Assembly (NCBI RefSeq): GCF_006345805.1
Contig: NC_043005.1
Span: forward strand, 76,322,001-76,386,000
Direction: 5' to 3'
Length of the DNA: 64,000 nt
Source: Octopus sinensis
Lineage: Eukaryota
The translations under genes were made by a program, and so were the position numbers. Positions within the stretch are counted from its first letter, which is position 1. Every line of letters begins with the position of its first letter. The notes beneath the pieces were generated by a model. That model did not search any database. It was not told the DNA's origin and saw only the letters and a program-made list of their open reading frames with translations. Of this stretch, positions 37,797 to 52,065 are shown piece by piece.

Positions 37797-38940
37797 GGTC
37801 GATTAAATAAGTACCAGTTATGCACTGGGGTCGATGTAATCGACTTAATGCGTTTGTCTGTCCTTGTTTGTTCTCTCTGTGTTTAGCCCCTTGTGGGTAG
37901 TAGAGAAATAGGTATTTCGTCTGAGTTCAAATTCCGCCGAGGTCGACTTTACCTTTCATCCTTTCGGGTTCGATTAAATAAGTACCAGTTACGCATTGGG
38001 GTCGATATAATCGACTTAATCCGTTTGTCTGTCCTTGTTTGTCCTCTCTGTATTTAGCCCCTTGTGGGTAGTAAAGAAATAGGTACTTCGTCTGTCTTTA
38101 TATTCTGAGTTCAAATTCTTCCGAAGTCGACGTTGCCTTTCATCCTTTCGGGAATCGATAAATTAAGTACCAGCTGCGTACTGGGGTCGATCTAATCGAC
38201 TGGCCTTGTGCCTAGAGTAGAAAAGAGCTTAGTTCATATTGCTTGGTTATTTGGTCGGCGAATTGACAGAATCGTTTGAGCGTCGGAAAAACATGCTTCA
38301 CAGTATTTGTTCTGGCTCTTTACTTTCTGAGTACGAATTCCATCAAGGTCCTCCTTGTCTTTTATCCTATCGGGGTTGATAATCTAAAGTGTAAGTCAAG
38401 TACTGAGATTGATGGAATCGACTAGGAATCGACTAATCCCTTCCTTCAAAATTTCAGGTCCCGTGTCTAAATCTAAAACCATTACTACTATTTTAATCAA
38501 GGCACCCAGCTGGCAGAATCGTTAGAGCGCCGGACAAAATGCTTAGCAGCATTTCGTTCTGTACATTCTGAGCTCAAATTCCACCGAGGTTAACCGTACC
38601 TTTCATCCTATCGGAATTGTTAAATCACGTACTAGTCAAGCACGGGTTGATATAATCGACTAACTCCCTCTTTGCAAATATCAGGACTTGTGCCGATAGC
38701 AGAAAGGATTATTTTCCATTTAAGACTAAGAGCTGGCAGAATCGTTAGCTCGCCGGACAAAATGCTTAACGTCATTTTGTCTGTCTTTATGTTCTGAGTT
38801 TAAATACCCCCGAGATTGACTTTGCATTTCACCTCACAGAGTCGATGAAATAATGACCAGTAAAGTACTGGGTTCAATATATTCGACTATTCCTTTCCCT
38901 GTAAAGTTCAGGCCTTGTGCCTATAGTTGAAAAGATTATT
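37797..38940 (+). mobile_element. Dense head-to-tail cluster of about 6 family A SINE copies
   Basis: Repeated cores and tails, all on the plus strand. Confidence 0.88.
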
Positions 38941-39739
38941 ACTATTTCCATTTCGGAGAAGAAGAGTGAATACAAACGATAGAGTAGTGTCATTTGTTAG
39001 TTTATATTCTGACTTCAAATCCCGCTTTGGTCTTTCAATACATCACACAGAAAAAACGTCCATGTTGTTGTAGTTCATGCTGCATGATCAGATAAATCTC
39101 TGTTCAAAAGCGTTCCAACTGCGACCACCACACTGTCCAATGTAGTCCTCTTTAAAAAAAATACTTTGCAGTGTGATTTAAAGGAGATATTTAACTCCTA
39201 TTTCAGCTAGGTGTAGTTGTTATGCAGAGACTTTCATGTTGGTTCGATTTCCACAAATTATTCCGAGCAGAGGAAAAGTCATTGGTGCGATTGTTGTTCA
39301 TAGATGCATTGGTTTGTTTGTTTCAGTATTAAGGGTAAACTTCAGCGATATTAATTACGACAGCGTTATTGTCTCTTGACAAGACTCATTCACGGCTTCG
39401 TTAACTTCTAGTTTTCGTAGTCCTTATATAATTCACTGGTAAAGCTATCTATCCTAAGCCATTCTGTGCTTTTTTACATACATACACTCGCGCATCCTCC
39501 CCACCACGGACATCATTATCCAGTGTATCGTTCTCTTTCTGGTATTTCAAACGGCTACGCAGCGACGAGTCCCTCATTGGTGCGCGCACATCCTGATCTT
39601 GGAGACAGATTTAATAAGATGATAAGTCAAATTTAAGCTTTGACATGAAAACCTATGCGGCAAAGGAAGGATTTTCGGGCAAATAAGTATGTATTTCTGC
39701 GAAATATTAAGCTAAATGTTTAGTATAAAGAGTAAAAAC

Positions 39740-39800
39740 GAGATATATTAAGCTATAAATGAGATATATTAAGCTATAAATGAGATATATTAAGCTATAA
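39740..39800. repeat. 21-bp tandem repeat GAGATATATTAAGCTATAAAT x3
   Basis: Units start at 39740, 39761 and 39782. Confidence 0.9.
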
Positions 39801-39954
39801 GCGGTCTTAGTCACAACTTCAGAGCGTCATAACTTTTCTTGAACTGAAGTGCTGGCAGATGGCATTTGATATGGATCTTTCACCTGGATTAAGCATTTTG
39901 TGATATGGGTAAATATACAAGCTGCATAGTGAGGCGTAAGTTAGTAAGCCTTAT

Positions 39955-41152
39955 AATCTTTTCTACAACAGGCAGAAGGCCTGAAATCCTTTCTACTACA
40001 GACAGAAAGCCTGACATTTTTGTGGGAGGTGGTCGATGTAATCCACTCCGAAAGGATAAAAGGCAAAATCGACCTGTACGGAATTTGAACGCATAACGTA
40101 AAGGCAGAAATACCGCTAAGCATTTTGTCTGGCGTGGTAGCGCTTTCGTCAGTTCGCCGCCTTATAATAAATTCCGAATGGTGTACCTAAGTCGGTTTGG
40201 TTTTCAACTCAAGACTCTCCTAACAGTTCCTGTCGCTAAACAGGTGCTAAACGTTACTGTTCTACATTCTTTTGGACAATATCATGGAGATCAAATGAGT
40301 GATTTTGAGATCTGAGCAATCCTGAATCTTCGCACATACAGTTCAAGCTTGAACCCTGAGACGTCGCTTCTGAGCTTTCATGAAAAACGGCAACAGCAGC
40401 GTAGAAATGGGATTGTCCACCTCGTGTTGGAGTGCAGCTTTAATCTTCATTGACTTGTGACAAGTGGTGGGGCCCCATTTTCTCTCGACACAACTGGATG
40501 CCAAATGAAGTATGGGATGAAAAGTATATGTATAGAATAGGGCTAACTGATAATTCTCTCTTCTATAAGCCCAATGCCTGATAATTTATGGAGACGGCCT
40601 TATCGATTACATGGACACCTAGTACTCGACTAGTACTTATACTATCGAACCCAAAAGGATGAAAGTCGACACCGGTGGAATTTGAACTCAGAACGTAAAG
40701 TCGTAAAAAATGTCGTTAAGTATTTTGTCTGACGCCAGATCGCCGCCTTAGGATTAAATAACACTACTTTCTGCTATCGGTACAAGGCCAGAAGGTTTTG
40801 GAGGAGGGGTCTAGATGAATACATAAATCTCGTGTATTCAATTAGGTACGTGTATTATCGATACCGAAAGGACGAAAGGCAGATGCGACCTCAGCGGGAT
40901 TTGAGGTAAGAAGAATTGCCTCCAAACGTTTTATCCGGCGTGAAAACCATTCTCCCAGCTGAGGATTAATTAATAATGGTTTCAATTTTTGGCACAAGGC
41001 CAGCACTACAACGATCCCAGTGCTCAAATGGAACTCATTTCATCAACCCCAAAGTCGACCTTGGCGGAACATGAACTCAAAACGTAAAGCCGGAATAAAA
41101 GTTGCTAAACATTTTGTTTGGCTTACTCACGATTTTGCTAGTTCTCTGCCTT
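39955..41152 (-). mobile_element. Four decayed family A SINE copies, all on the minus strand
   Basis: Cores at about 40050, 40650, 40860 and 41050. Confidence 0.8.
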
Positions 41153-41729
41153 AAGGCAGATTAATAATGAAATATAATTTAAAAAATTGGTAATGTAGAA
41201 CCAGTAACGAAAACAGGGAAAGGAGAAGGTTGACTTTAAGCCGATGGTATTTCTGTAGTTTTTATTGGTTTCTGTAATTTTCTATTTTTGTAGCCCCAAG
41301 TCGAAATGTTATCGAGCAGTCCTACGATAAGAGGCAGTCCAGTGTTGTTGTGTATCAACTTGTTACGGTAATGGGTGTTAATGAGGCTGAAAGTTATGAC
41401 GATACTGAATGATAAATTTCTGATTCGTGTTAGGGGTGCTGTTGTTGTTTTTCTTCTTCCAATCAGGACTCACACTATTAGCCACAAAGAATAAACTCTA
41501 ATTCGAGCCTACTCTAAGTTACTAAGAATGCGTGTGGCAACGTGAAGATCCACCCACCACACGCGATAGACTGGCGGCTGCACGGGCGCGAAAGCTACGT
41601 TGTTATCCTCATTTCGTAAACGCTGACTTTTAACGGGTGGAGAGATGAACCATCATGGGGTACAGAGGATTCGCACTCTAGACTAGGGTCTGAAAGTTTA
41701 CCACACCATAGCGGGTTACACCATGGTTC

Positions 41730-41935
41730 CTCTGCTTTGTGGCAGAAGTAGGAAGAAAGAATGAGAGAATGTTGTGGTGAAAGAGTTCAGCGGGGTTCAC
41801 CCTCCTCCACCGTCGGAGCCTCATGGAGCTTAGGTGATTTTGTTCAATAAACATTCACAATGTCCGGTCTGGGAATCGAAACCGCGTTCTTACGACCGCG
41901 AGTCCGCTGCCCTAACCACTGGGCCATTGCGCCTC
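41730..41935 (-). mobile_element. SINE family C (head and central body)
   Basis: Minus strand GGCGCAATGGCCCAGTGGTTAGGGCAGCGGACTCGCGGTC, homologous to 13497. Confidence 0.85.
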
Positions 41936-42164
41936 TACGGGTGCTGTTGTTTGTGTATTTTGGCAGAACGGTTAGTGCGTTATTTCTTCCGTCTCTTTAT
42001 AACTATAAGTTCAAATTTTGTCCAGGCTAACTTTGCCGCGTATCCCTTTCGGGGTCAGTAGAATAAGAACCAGTTGAGTGCTAGTTTTGTGCCAAAATTA
42101 GACAGAATTATTATTATTGACATTGTATAGGTACTCTTGGTCGTGTTATTATTATTGATGTTAA

Positions 42165-42380
42165 GGCGGCGAGTTGGCAGAATCGTTAGCACACAGGGCA
42201 AAATGCTTAGCTGTATATCGGTCCATCTCTACGTTCTGAGTTCAGATTTCGCCGAAGTCGACTTTGCTCATCATCTTTTTCCGGTCGATAAAATAAGTAC
42301 CTGTCAAATACTGGTCGATGTAATTGACTTCCCCTCCTCTCAAAATTTTCTACCGTTTGCCAAAATTTGAAACCATTACT
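42165..42380 (+). mobile_element. SINE family A
   Basis: GGCGAGTTGGCAGAATCGTTAGCAC..GTCGACTTTGC. Confidence 0.85.
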
Positions 42381-42393
42381 GTAGATGTTGTTT

Positions 42394-42559
42394 AGGTGCA
42401 GGAGTTGCTGTGTGGTAAGTAGCTTGCTTACCAACCACATGGTTCCAGGTTCAGTCCCACTGCGTGGCACCTTGGACAGGTGTCTTCTACTATAGCCTCA
42501 GGCCGACCAAAGCCTTGAGAGTGGATTTGGTAGACGGAAACTGAAAGAAGCCTGTCGTA

Positions 42560-42630
<71 letters not shown>

Positions 42631-42796
42631 TACCGCATGTGTATCGTTGTCGACTTTCTTTCTCTGTCTTCCCTTGGACCTTTCCTTTTTCTATGTTTCT
42701 GACGAAGAGCTCCGCTCGAAACGTTAAATCTTCATTCTTTCTTTCCTTTACTGAGCGTCCAGTAACACTATACTTGTTCCACTTGTTCATGTTTGG

Positions 42797-42870
<74 letters not shown>

Positions 42871-43136
42871 ATATATATATATATATATTATATATATATA
42901 CATACATATGTATATGTGTGTATATGCTTGTGTGTCTGTGTTTGTCCCCTCCCCCAACATCGCTTGACAACCGATGGTGGTGTGTTTACCTCCCCGTAAC
43001 TTAGCGGTTCGGCAAAAGAGACCGATAGAATACTAGGCTTACAAAGAATAAGTCCTGGGGTCGATTTGCTCGACCGAAGGCGGTGCTCCATCATGACCGC
43101 AGTCAGATGACTGAAACAAGTAAAAGAGTAAAAGAG
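42394..43136 (+). mobile_element. SINE family B, full length, with a PLE fragment nested in its internal microsatellite
   Basis: 5' half 42394-42560; insert about 42632-42803; 3' half about 42930-43136. Confidence 0.9.
42694..42729 (+). ncRNA. Minimal type I hammerhead ribozyme motif with canonical core
   Basis: TGTTT-CTGACGA-A-GAGC TCC GCTC-GAAA-CG-TT-AAAT. Palindromic AACGTT stem III. Confidence 0.8.
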
Positions 43137-43254
43137 AAAATTCATTCCAGAATAGTTCAAGCGAAAAGGGAATTCCAACAATGACCATCCATTTTTAAGG
43201 TTACAGTGTATACAGGACCACATTATTCAATATGTCCTTTCTTTGCAGAAGGTG

Positions 43255-43520
43255 AAGGCGCATGGCTTAGATGTTAGGGCATTCGACTCATGGTCGAAAG
43301 GCTGTGAGTTCGAGTACCGGGTGCGCGTTGTATTCGTGAACATGACGCTTTATTTCACGTTGCTTCAAGTCCACTCGGCCGGCAAAATAAGTAAAACTGT
43401 ATTTTAAGGGGCCAGCCTTGTCACACTCTGTGTCACGCTGAATCTCCCTGAGAATTACGTTAAAGGTACGCGTGTCTGGGGAGTGCTCAACCATTTGCAC
43501 GTTAAGTTCACGAGCAGGCT
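43255..43520 (+). mobile_element. tRNA-derived SINE, family E
   Basis: GGCGCATGGCTTAG.TGTTAGGG..; GAGTTCGAGT B-box; TTTATTTCACGTTGCT shared with families C and D. Confidence 0.75.
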
Positions 43521-43739
43521 TTTTCTTTGATCGGATCAGCTGGAATCCGACAGCTGTAACCGACGGCGTGCCAGTTTTTGCAGATAACAGATGCTGCTAT
43601 TTCTTGCACGAAAAAGGAACCTCCCGGGCTTGTCTTGTTGATCTGAGAACAGGTATTGCTTGCGGTGTTGATATTGTTGATTGCAAATGTTTTTGTACTG
43701 GACTTGGTGATGATGTTGTTATTTCTTAGTGATGTGGCT

Positions 43740-44520
43740 GCCATTGTTGTTTAACTCTAGGTCAATCGGCCTGGATGGAGCAGATCTATGACCAAAAGCG
43801 TTCCATGAATGACCATCCAAACATTTATTTATTTAATCATTAATTTATTAATTTATTTAGTTAGTTGTTTCAGGCAACAAATATCTAACTGTAGACATAG
43901 ATGTCATATTTACGATGGTAGATATGATTTAAGGGAAAGTTGGCTGCTATTTCTCGCAGGCCAAGTGGCCACGTTAAGGTTACCTCTCAAATCGGTGGAG
44001 GTGAAGTGGATATGTTAGGTGTGACGTGGGTAGATTTGAATGTACTGTCGTTGTTGTTGTTGTTACCTGGCCCTAGTTAAACCCTCATCCAGCCGTGACC
44101 GTTCCGTCTTTTTCATATATGCAAGGACCTCAGTACTACATTACTCAAAACTATCCTTTTCTAAGACAGCTAGGTGTGATTCAAGAGAGGTTTATTTGCT
44201 ATTTCTAGCAGGTCAAGTGACAACGTATTAACTCCTTTGTCGGCTCAAATGGTGACAGAGTTGTTTCTGCTAGGGGTATTACTGGTATTGTTGCTGTTTA
44301 GCCCCAAATCAGCTCTCACTAAGCAGACGAACCTACGATCAAAAACATCCCAACCGTAACCAACCCATCTATTTTTAAAATTTGTTTTGCTGTGCACAGG
44401 GACCTTAAGAGCACGTTAAACAACGTGTCCTTTTTCTAGGAAATGAGTTGAAGGAGATTTATAGATTTAGCTGCTATTACTAGCAAGTCAAATGACCGCA
44501 TAGGAAAGAACCCGTAGGTG
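43740..44520 (+). repeat. Three tandem decayed copies of an unclassified dispersed repeat (GCTGCTATTTCTAGCAGG motif)
   Basis: Motif at about 43945, 44195 and 44470. Related copies at about 15990 and 33220. Confidence 0.65.
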
Positions 44521-45019
44521 TTGATGGAGTCCCTATTGGTGTCCGTGGGTGGACTGGTGTTTTGTAGTGCGTATGAGTGGAGCGCGGTACTAGTGACGTC
44601 TGTAGTTTTAGTGGTGTCGGTGGTAGTGGTGGTTGTGTTGGGGTGGTGGTATTGTTGATGTGATAGTTGCGGTGATAGTATTTACGTCGTCAAGCTAATT
44701 CAAACAGTTATTAAACAAGGTGAAGCTGTAATGAGAGGAAGAGGTGGTACAAATGTACTACTGTTTTTAATACCAGCACCAAACCACCACCACCACCACC
44801 ACCATCACCACCACTAAAACTATCACTACAACCACGACAACAATAACAACAACAGCAACAACAGCCATCACGACTGCAGTCACTACAACAGGTAGGAAGA
44901 TAGCCGCAATGCAGTATTTCATTGGCACCGCGCCAGCATAATAGACTTACAGATATTGTAACTGTTTACTAACACACATACACACACAGAACCTACATCT
45001 GGTTCTCACTCACCTTTTC

Positions 45020-45756
45020 CCTTTCTCCCTCCCACCCTCTCTCTCCCTCTTCTCTATTCTCTCTCACTACCTCTCTATTTCTCTTTACGTTATCCTCTCT
45101 TTCTCTCCCTCTCTTTCTCTCCCTCTCTTTGCTCTGCCTCTCTGCTCCTTCTCTGAATTACTCGCTCGGTCTCTTCCTTTTCTCCAATTCGCACTCCGCT
45201 CTCACTCTCTCGCTCTCTCTTTCTTTCACTATCTTTTTTCCTCCCTTTTCTATGTTATCTTTCTCTTTACACTTCCCCCTCTCTGACTTACTCTATCAGT
45301 CTTATCCCCTCTTTTTTATTTCATACTCACATGCCGTCTGTATCTATCACCGCCCTCTCTCTCTCTCCCTTCTATACTATCGCTCTCTGTCTCTCGACCG
45401 CTCTCTTCTCTATCGTATCACTCTCTCTCCCTCCACCTCTCACCTTCTCTCTCTCTTCTATTCTATCTCTCTCTGTCTCTCGACCTCTCTCTTCTTTATT
45501 CTATCACTCTCTCTCTCCCTCTGCCTCTCGCTCTCTCCCTTTTCCCTCTTCTCTATCTCTGTCTCACCCTCGCTCTCTCTGTCTAATTCAGTTCATATTC
45601 ATACACAGGCTATGTCTATCTCAAACTTTACTCTCTCTCTCGCTCTCTCTCCCCTCTATCCTATATCTCTCTGTCTCTCCCCTCTCTCTATCAGTTTCTT
45701 TCTCTTCCTCTCGATCTCTGTCGCATACCCATACATCATCTGCATCTATCACTACC

Positions 45757-45812
<56 letters not shown>

Positions 45813-46160
45813 ACGCGTTTCTCTCTTTCTCTCTCTGTCTTTATCTATTAGTCTCTCTCTCTATTTCATATTTATACACCGTCTTCATATTTATACACCA
45901 GTCTTTATCCATTTCTCTCCCTCACTCTGTCTCTTTCTTCCTCTCCCTCACTCTTTCTCTTTCTTCCTCTCCCTCACTCTGTCTCTTTCTTTCTCTCTCT
46001 CTCTCTCTGTTTCACTGATTCAATCTCTCTCAGCTTCATACCATCATATATTCATCTGTGCTACGTTTTCTCTCTATATCTCTTAATACCTCTCCTTTTC
46101 TCCGTCTTTCTGTAATCCTGAGCCAGTCTCTCTTTTGCCTCCCCTTCCCCTCATTCACAG
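45020..46160. repeat. About 1.1-kb degenerate (CT)n pyrimidine-rich tract
   Basis: Direct reading. Confidence 0.9.
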
Positions 46161-46174
46161 CTTTATATAAATGA

Positions 46175-46612
<438 letters not shown>

Positions 46613-46849
46613 CATAAACACATAACTCTCTCTTCCACTGTTTTACAGTAACATCTCACCTCTTCTTCTTCTTCTTCTTCTTCCTCATCGTCTTCCTTCC
46701 CTTCCCCTTCCCCTTCTCTCACTCTCTCTCTCTCTCTCTCTCTCTTCCCCACATTTCTCTCTAAATCAATAATAGATATTCTTATTGGCGACAGACGGTG
46801 CATATATATTGTGGTGGCATTAGAGGTTTGAAAAGCATCTATCCCTTTA

Positions 46850-47182
46850 ACACACGCACACACACACACACACACACACGCACACACAGACACACACACA
46901 CAAACACAGGCACAAACACATGTACAGAGATTCACACATTGACACATGCGTACGACCACATACAGTGAAACACACAATCACTCTCTCACACGCACACACA
47001 CACACATATACACACATACATGCGTATATACACTTACATACAGTCATAATCCTAATGCTCGTTCCATTCACCGGACCATACGTATACACATATATATAGA
47101 AGTTAGCATTGCATACTCACATACGCCGACATCATATACATATACACTCACACAGACTTATACATACATTCGTATCTGAAAT

Positions 47183-47216
<34 letters not shown>

Positions 47217-47355
47217 CACATAGATATGTAAATATACATTCACACACGCACACACACATACACGCATATATAGACATACATATATATGTATATATATATG
47301 TATGTGTATGTATATTTGTATATACATACATACATACACATATATATATATATAC

Positions 47356-47415
<60 letters not shown>

Positions 47416-47500
47416 GTGTGTGTATGTGTGTTTGCGTATATATGTGTGTGCATTTGTATCTGTATTTATACACATATATATATATGTATATATATTTGTA

Positions 47501-47531
<31 letters not shown>

Positions 47532-49155
47532 CATATAATATTTACATATGTGCGTGTGTTTGTGTGGGTCTATATATTTATCCGCATACACACGCACAAA
47601 CATGCGTACGTGCAAATACTTGTGTGTGCATGTGTGTGTGTGTATAAGCATATAGCTTGCGAATCCCTATAATACACCTGTAAACATAAAACATGGACAC
47701 TCATATACATTTTTAGATATACACCCTATAAATCTCTCACAAACACTTATACATATAATCTCTGTATACATATTCTAGCATTCATCTTCGGACGCAATAC
47801 ATCACGCGCGCGCGCACACACACACACACACACAAATTATAACGTGCGCAGAGGCGTACGCATTCACATATATGAAAAAATGTATTAACATCATTATTCA
47901 ACATATGCATACATACACAAGTATATTTGTGCATTAACACACCCACCCACACACGCATATATACACATATTTCTTCACCCCCACACACCAACACACACAT
48001 ATACATACTCATGTTTCTGCATATAAATACATATATACACACACACACAAACGTATATGTACAGGTACACACATACTTATAAATATTTTGCTATATACAC
48101 ACACATACACACACAGCCATATATAAGCATATACATATAAATACACTCGTTCATACAGGACTTATACATTTACATGCATACACACAAGTATTGGCACACA
48201 GACGTACACTTAATATTTATACTTTTAGCTCTACACTCACATCCACACAAACGTGCATGGACACATATTTCTATACATACAAATACACTCACGTGCATAC
48301 ACACAACCACTCACACACATACACACGTACACACACCTACACACATGTACAAACACAGAAGATATATACACTTTAGAGAAAACCGCATTGCTGATTAAAA
48401 ATAATAATAAAAGTGACGAGGTATCCAGCAACTTGTTGCTAACAAAACAACGCTATGGCATATAAAGCAACATTAGTATTGCTTTGTGCGGTTATACATA
48501 AATATTTTGCATCCAAACATCAAGACCTCTACTTTCACTTTCGCTTTTGCTTTTTACTCCAGAGACATGTTTTCAAAATAATCTATCTATCTGGCTCTCT
48601 GTCTGTCTGTCCGTCTATCTATCTTCATTTCTCTTTTCTTTTGTTCCTTTTCCTTTTCTTCTTTTTCTTTTTTTTTTTCATTTATTTTTTTTGTTTTGTT
48701 CTTCTTTTTCCCTTTTACGATCCCTTTTGATCGAAAACCTACGCCACCTTTTTTTTGTTTCTTTTGTTTTTTGTTTTTTTTCATCCCCCAAAAGAAAAGC
48801 TCTACCTTGTAACTTGTCCCATCTGTGTGCAGCCCTGTGTGGCCAATAAAGAAATTTATCTACCTGTCTACCTACCTATCAGTCAATCACTCACATAATC
48901 AATCAATCAATCAATCAATCAATATATATATATATATATATATATACTTGTCTGTTTGACTATTAGTCTAATTGCTTGTTTCTTTCCCTGCTTCCAATAT
49001 TCATTCATTAAAATCAGTCTGCCTGACGGTCTGTATGTGTGTCTATGTGTGTGTGTGTGTCTGTTTGTTGGGCTGCCTCAGTGTCTGTCTACTTGACGTC
49101 TATCCCTGCCTGTCTGTCTGTCTGCCTACCACTGTTTATTAATCTATCAAGCTGC

Positions 49156-49225
<70 letters not shown>

Positions 49226-49254
49226 ATTCTGTCTGTCTGTCTGTCTGTCGTGTA

Positions 49255-49300
<46 letters not shown>

Positions 49301-49867
49301 TATAAATATACATATATATATATATATGTACATATATATATACATATATATATACACACACACATATATTTCTTTCTTTCTCCATTTCTTTTTCAAACAT
49401 TAAGAATATAAACAATAAGATCTTAGAAATTTCACTTTGAAACAGTGAAAGACAATTTACACTTACACACACACACAGAGACATGCACATGCACGCACAT
49501 TCGTTGCAAAATATACATTTATGCATGTGCCGGTGCACGTAAACACTCAACATACTTATATGTTTCCGCCCATGTGTCTGTGTGTTCGTACGTAACTGAA
49601 GCATAGAGTTCTCTATTCACATTCATCATATGAATATACGAGTAATTGACACACACACACACACACACACGCACACACACACACACACAACACACACACA
49701 CACACACACATACACGCACACACACACACACACATACACACACGCACACACACATATATATGTAGGTATGTATGTGCATGTGTGTGTGTGTTTTATTAGA
49801 CACTTTTGCCAAGGTGCTATACACACAGATACAGACATACACAGACACCACACACATATATACATAT

Positions 49868-49898
<31 letters not shown>

Positions 49899-50270
49899 TA
49901 TATATCCATACATATTATATATATATTACATATATATACATAGATATATAATATATATATATATATATATGTATATAGAATATACATATATATATATATA
50001 TATATATTATATTATATATATCATACATATATATATATATATATACATATATTATATATGTATATAGATATATACATATATATATATATATATATTATAT
50101 ATATAATCTATATATATATATATTATATATATATATATTCTATATATATCACTTATATATATATACAATATATATATATATATATATATTATATACACAT
50201 TTATATAGATATTTATATGTGTGTATATATATATATATATATACTTATATATGTATGTGTGTGTGTTTTA
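46850..50270. repeat. Extended compound and cryptic CA/TA microsatellite region
   Basis: Direct reading. Confidence 0.85.
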
Positions 50271-50856
50271 TTTATTCTAAGCTTGTGTCTGCCATTGGGC
50301 TGTAGCCATGGTGGGTGCATAGCCACAATGTTCAATCATAGTTCTTATTTTATCGGATACTTTTGCCGAACTGCAAGTTACAGGGGCGTAAACAAGCCAT
50401 CATCGTTTCTGAAGCGGCCGTGGATAATAAGCACAAATGCAGATACATGCTCATGCATATACACACAGGCATACATACATACATACATACATACATACAT
50501 ACATACATACATACATACATACATAAATACATACATACATACATACATGCATCCATCCATACGTACATACATCCATCGATCCATCGATCCATCGATCCAT
50601 ACATACATACATACATACATACATACATACATACATACATACATACGTACGTACATACATACATATACACATGCATGCATAAATACATACATACATACAT
50701 ACACACACATATGTACATCGACCCCAGGACTTATTCTTTGTAAGCCTAGTACTTATTCTCTCGGTCTTTTTTGCCGAACTGCCAAGTTACGGGAACGTAA
50801 ACACACCAGCATCGGTTGGCAAGCGATGTTGTGGGGACAAACACAGACACACAAAC

Positions 50857-50888
<32 letters not shown>

Positions 50889-51290
50889 AAATATCTACGA
50901 CAGGCTTCTTTCGGTTTTCGTCTACCAAATCCACTCACAAGGCTTTGGTCGGCCCGTGGCTATAGTAGAAGACTCTTGCTCAAGGTTCCACGCAGTGGGA
51001 CTGAACCCGAAACAATGTGGTTGGTAAGCAAGCTGTTTACCACACAGCCACTCCTGTGACTAAATGTATATATTTTATTTTTTATCTTGTACCTGTTTCA
51101 CTGTAGCCATGCTGGGGCGCCGTTTTGCATAATTTATAGTCGAAAGATTCGACCCCCATACTTGCTTTTCGTTTATTTAATCCTGGTACTTCTTCTATCG
51201 GTGTCTTCTTCCGAACTGCTCGGTTACAATGAAGTAAACACTTTAAGACCAGTTGCCATCTGGTGGAAGCGGACTTCATTTTATCGCGCA
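50270..51290 (-). mobile_element. SINE family B: two 3' halves and one near-complete copy (50716-51057)
   Basis: CATCGACCCCAGGACTTATTCTTTGTAAGCCTAGTAC..; GTCTACCAAATCCACTCACAAGGCTTTGGTCGGCCC. Confidence 0.85.
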
Positions 51291-51568
51291 TGCTAAAGTG
51301 AAAGTAAAGTTGGCCTTTATAAGATTCCAACTTAGTTGTAAAGTATGGTAACTATAAGCGGATGGATTTTTTGAGCTACAAATTGAAGATATAGCTAATC
51401 GAAGACACTCAGTTTTCATTCAGGTTATCATTTGCACACTGAAAATCTGTATTTGTTTGTTTGTGTGAGTGTGTGTGTGTGTGAGTGAGTGTATATATAT
51501 ATATATGTACCCAATAAATTCTATTACACATGCCATCTCCTATTTCATTAACACTATATATGTGTGTG

Positions 51569-51600
<32 letters not shown>

Positions 51601-51845
51601 AATGTATATATGTATGTTTGTATTGATGTGCGTTTTATTCTCTTTCTCATTGTTTTATCTCTTTTACTTTCTTTCTTCTCCATCTTCTCCTAGCTTTATT
51701 CCGCTAGTGTCCGACGAAACTCTATGTCGGAAAATTATACTTTTACGATATAACATTTTTTTCTTCACTGAGCATCAGCCTTATAATATCAACTATGAAT
51801 GTTCCTCGGATTTTCGTTAATTTTTCTCTTTGTAGTTGCTTTTTG

Positions 51846-51888
<43 letters not shown>

Positions 51889-52065
51889 ATGGAAAAATTA
51901 TATAAAATGTATTTGTAAATGATGAATAAAGCGCCGGCACATTTATCCGTAGATTTACCGCATATTACATGGAATGTATAATAGATTTTATTGAGCACAA
52001 CACATGTTTCAACCGCTGAAATCTACGAGTTAATTTCGTTCTCTCTCTGTTTATGTCTTTCTTCT

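Noticed and set aside
51707-51745. CCGACGA...GAAA as another U4C hammerhead
   Set aside because: Stems I and III cannot be paired convincingly, and it is explained equally well as a CCGAC/GTCGG mini-hairpin
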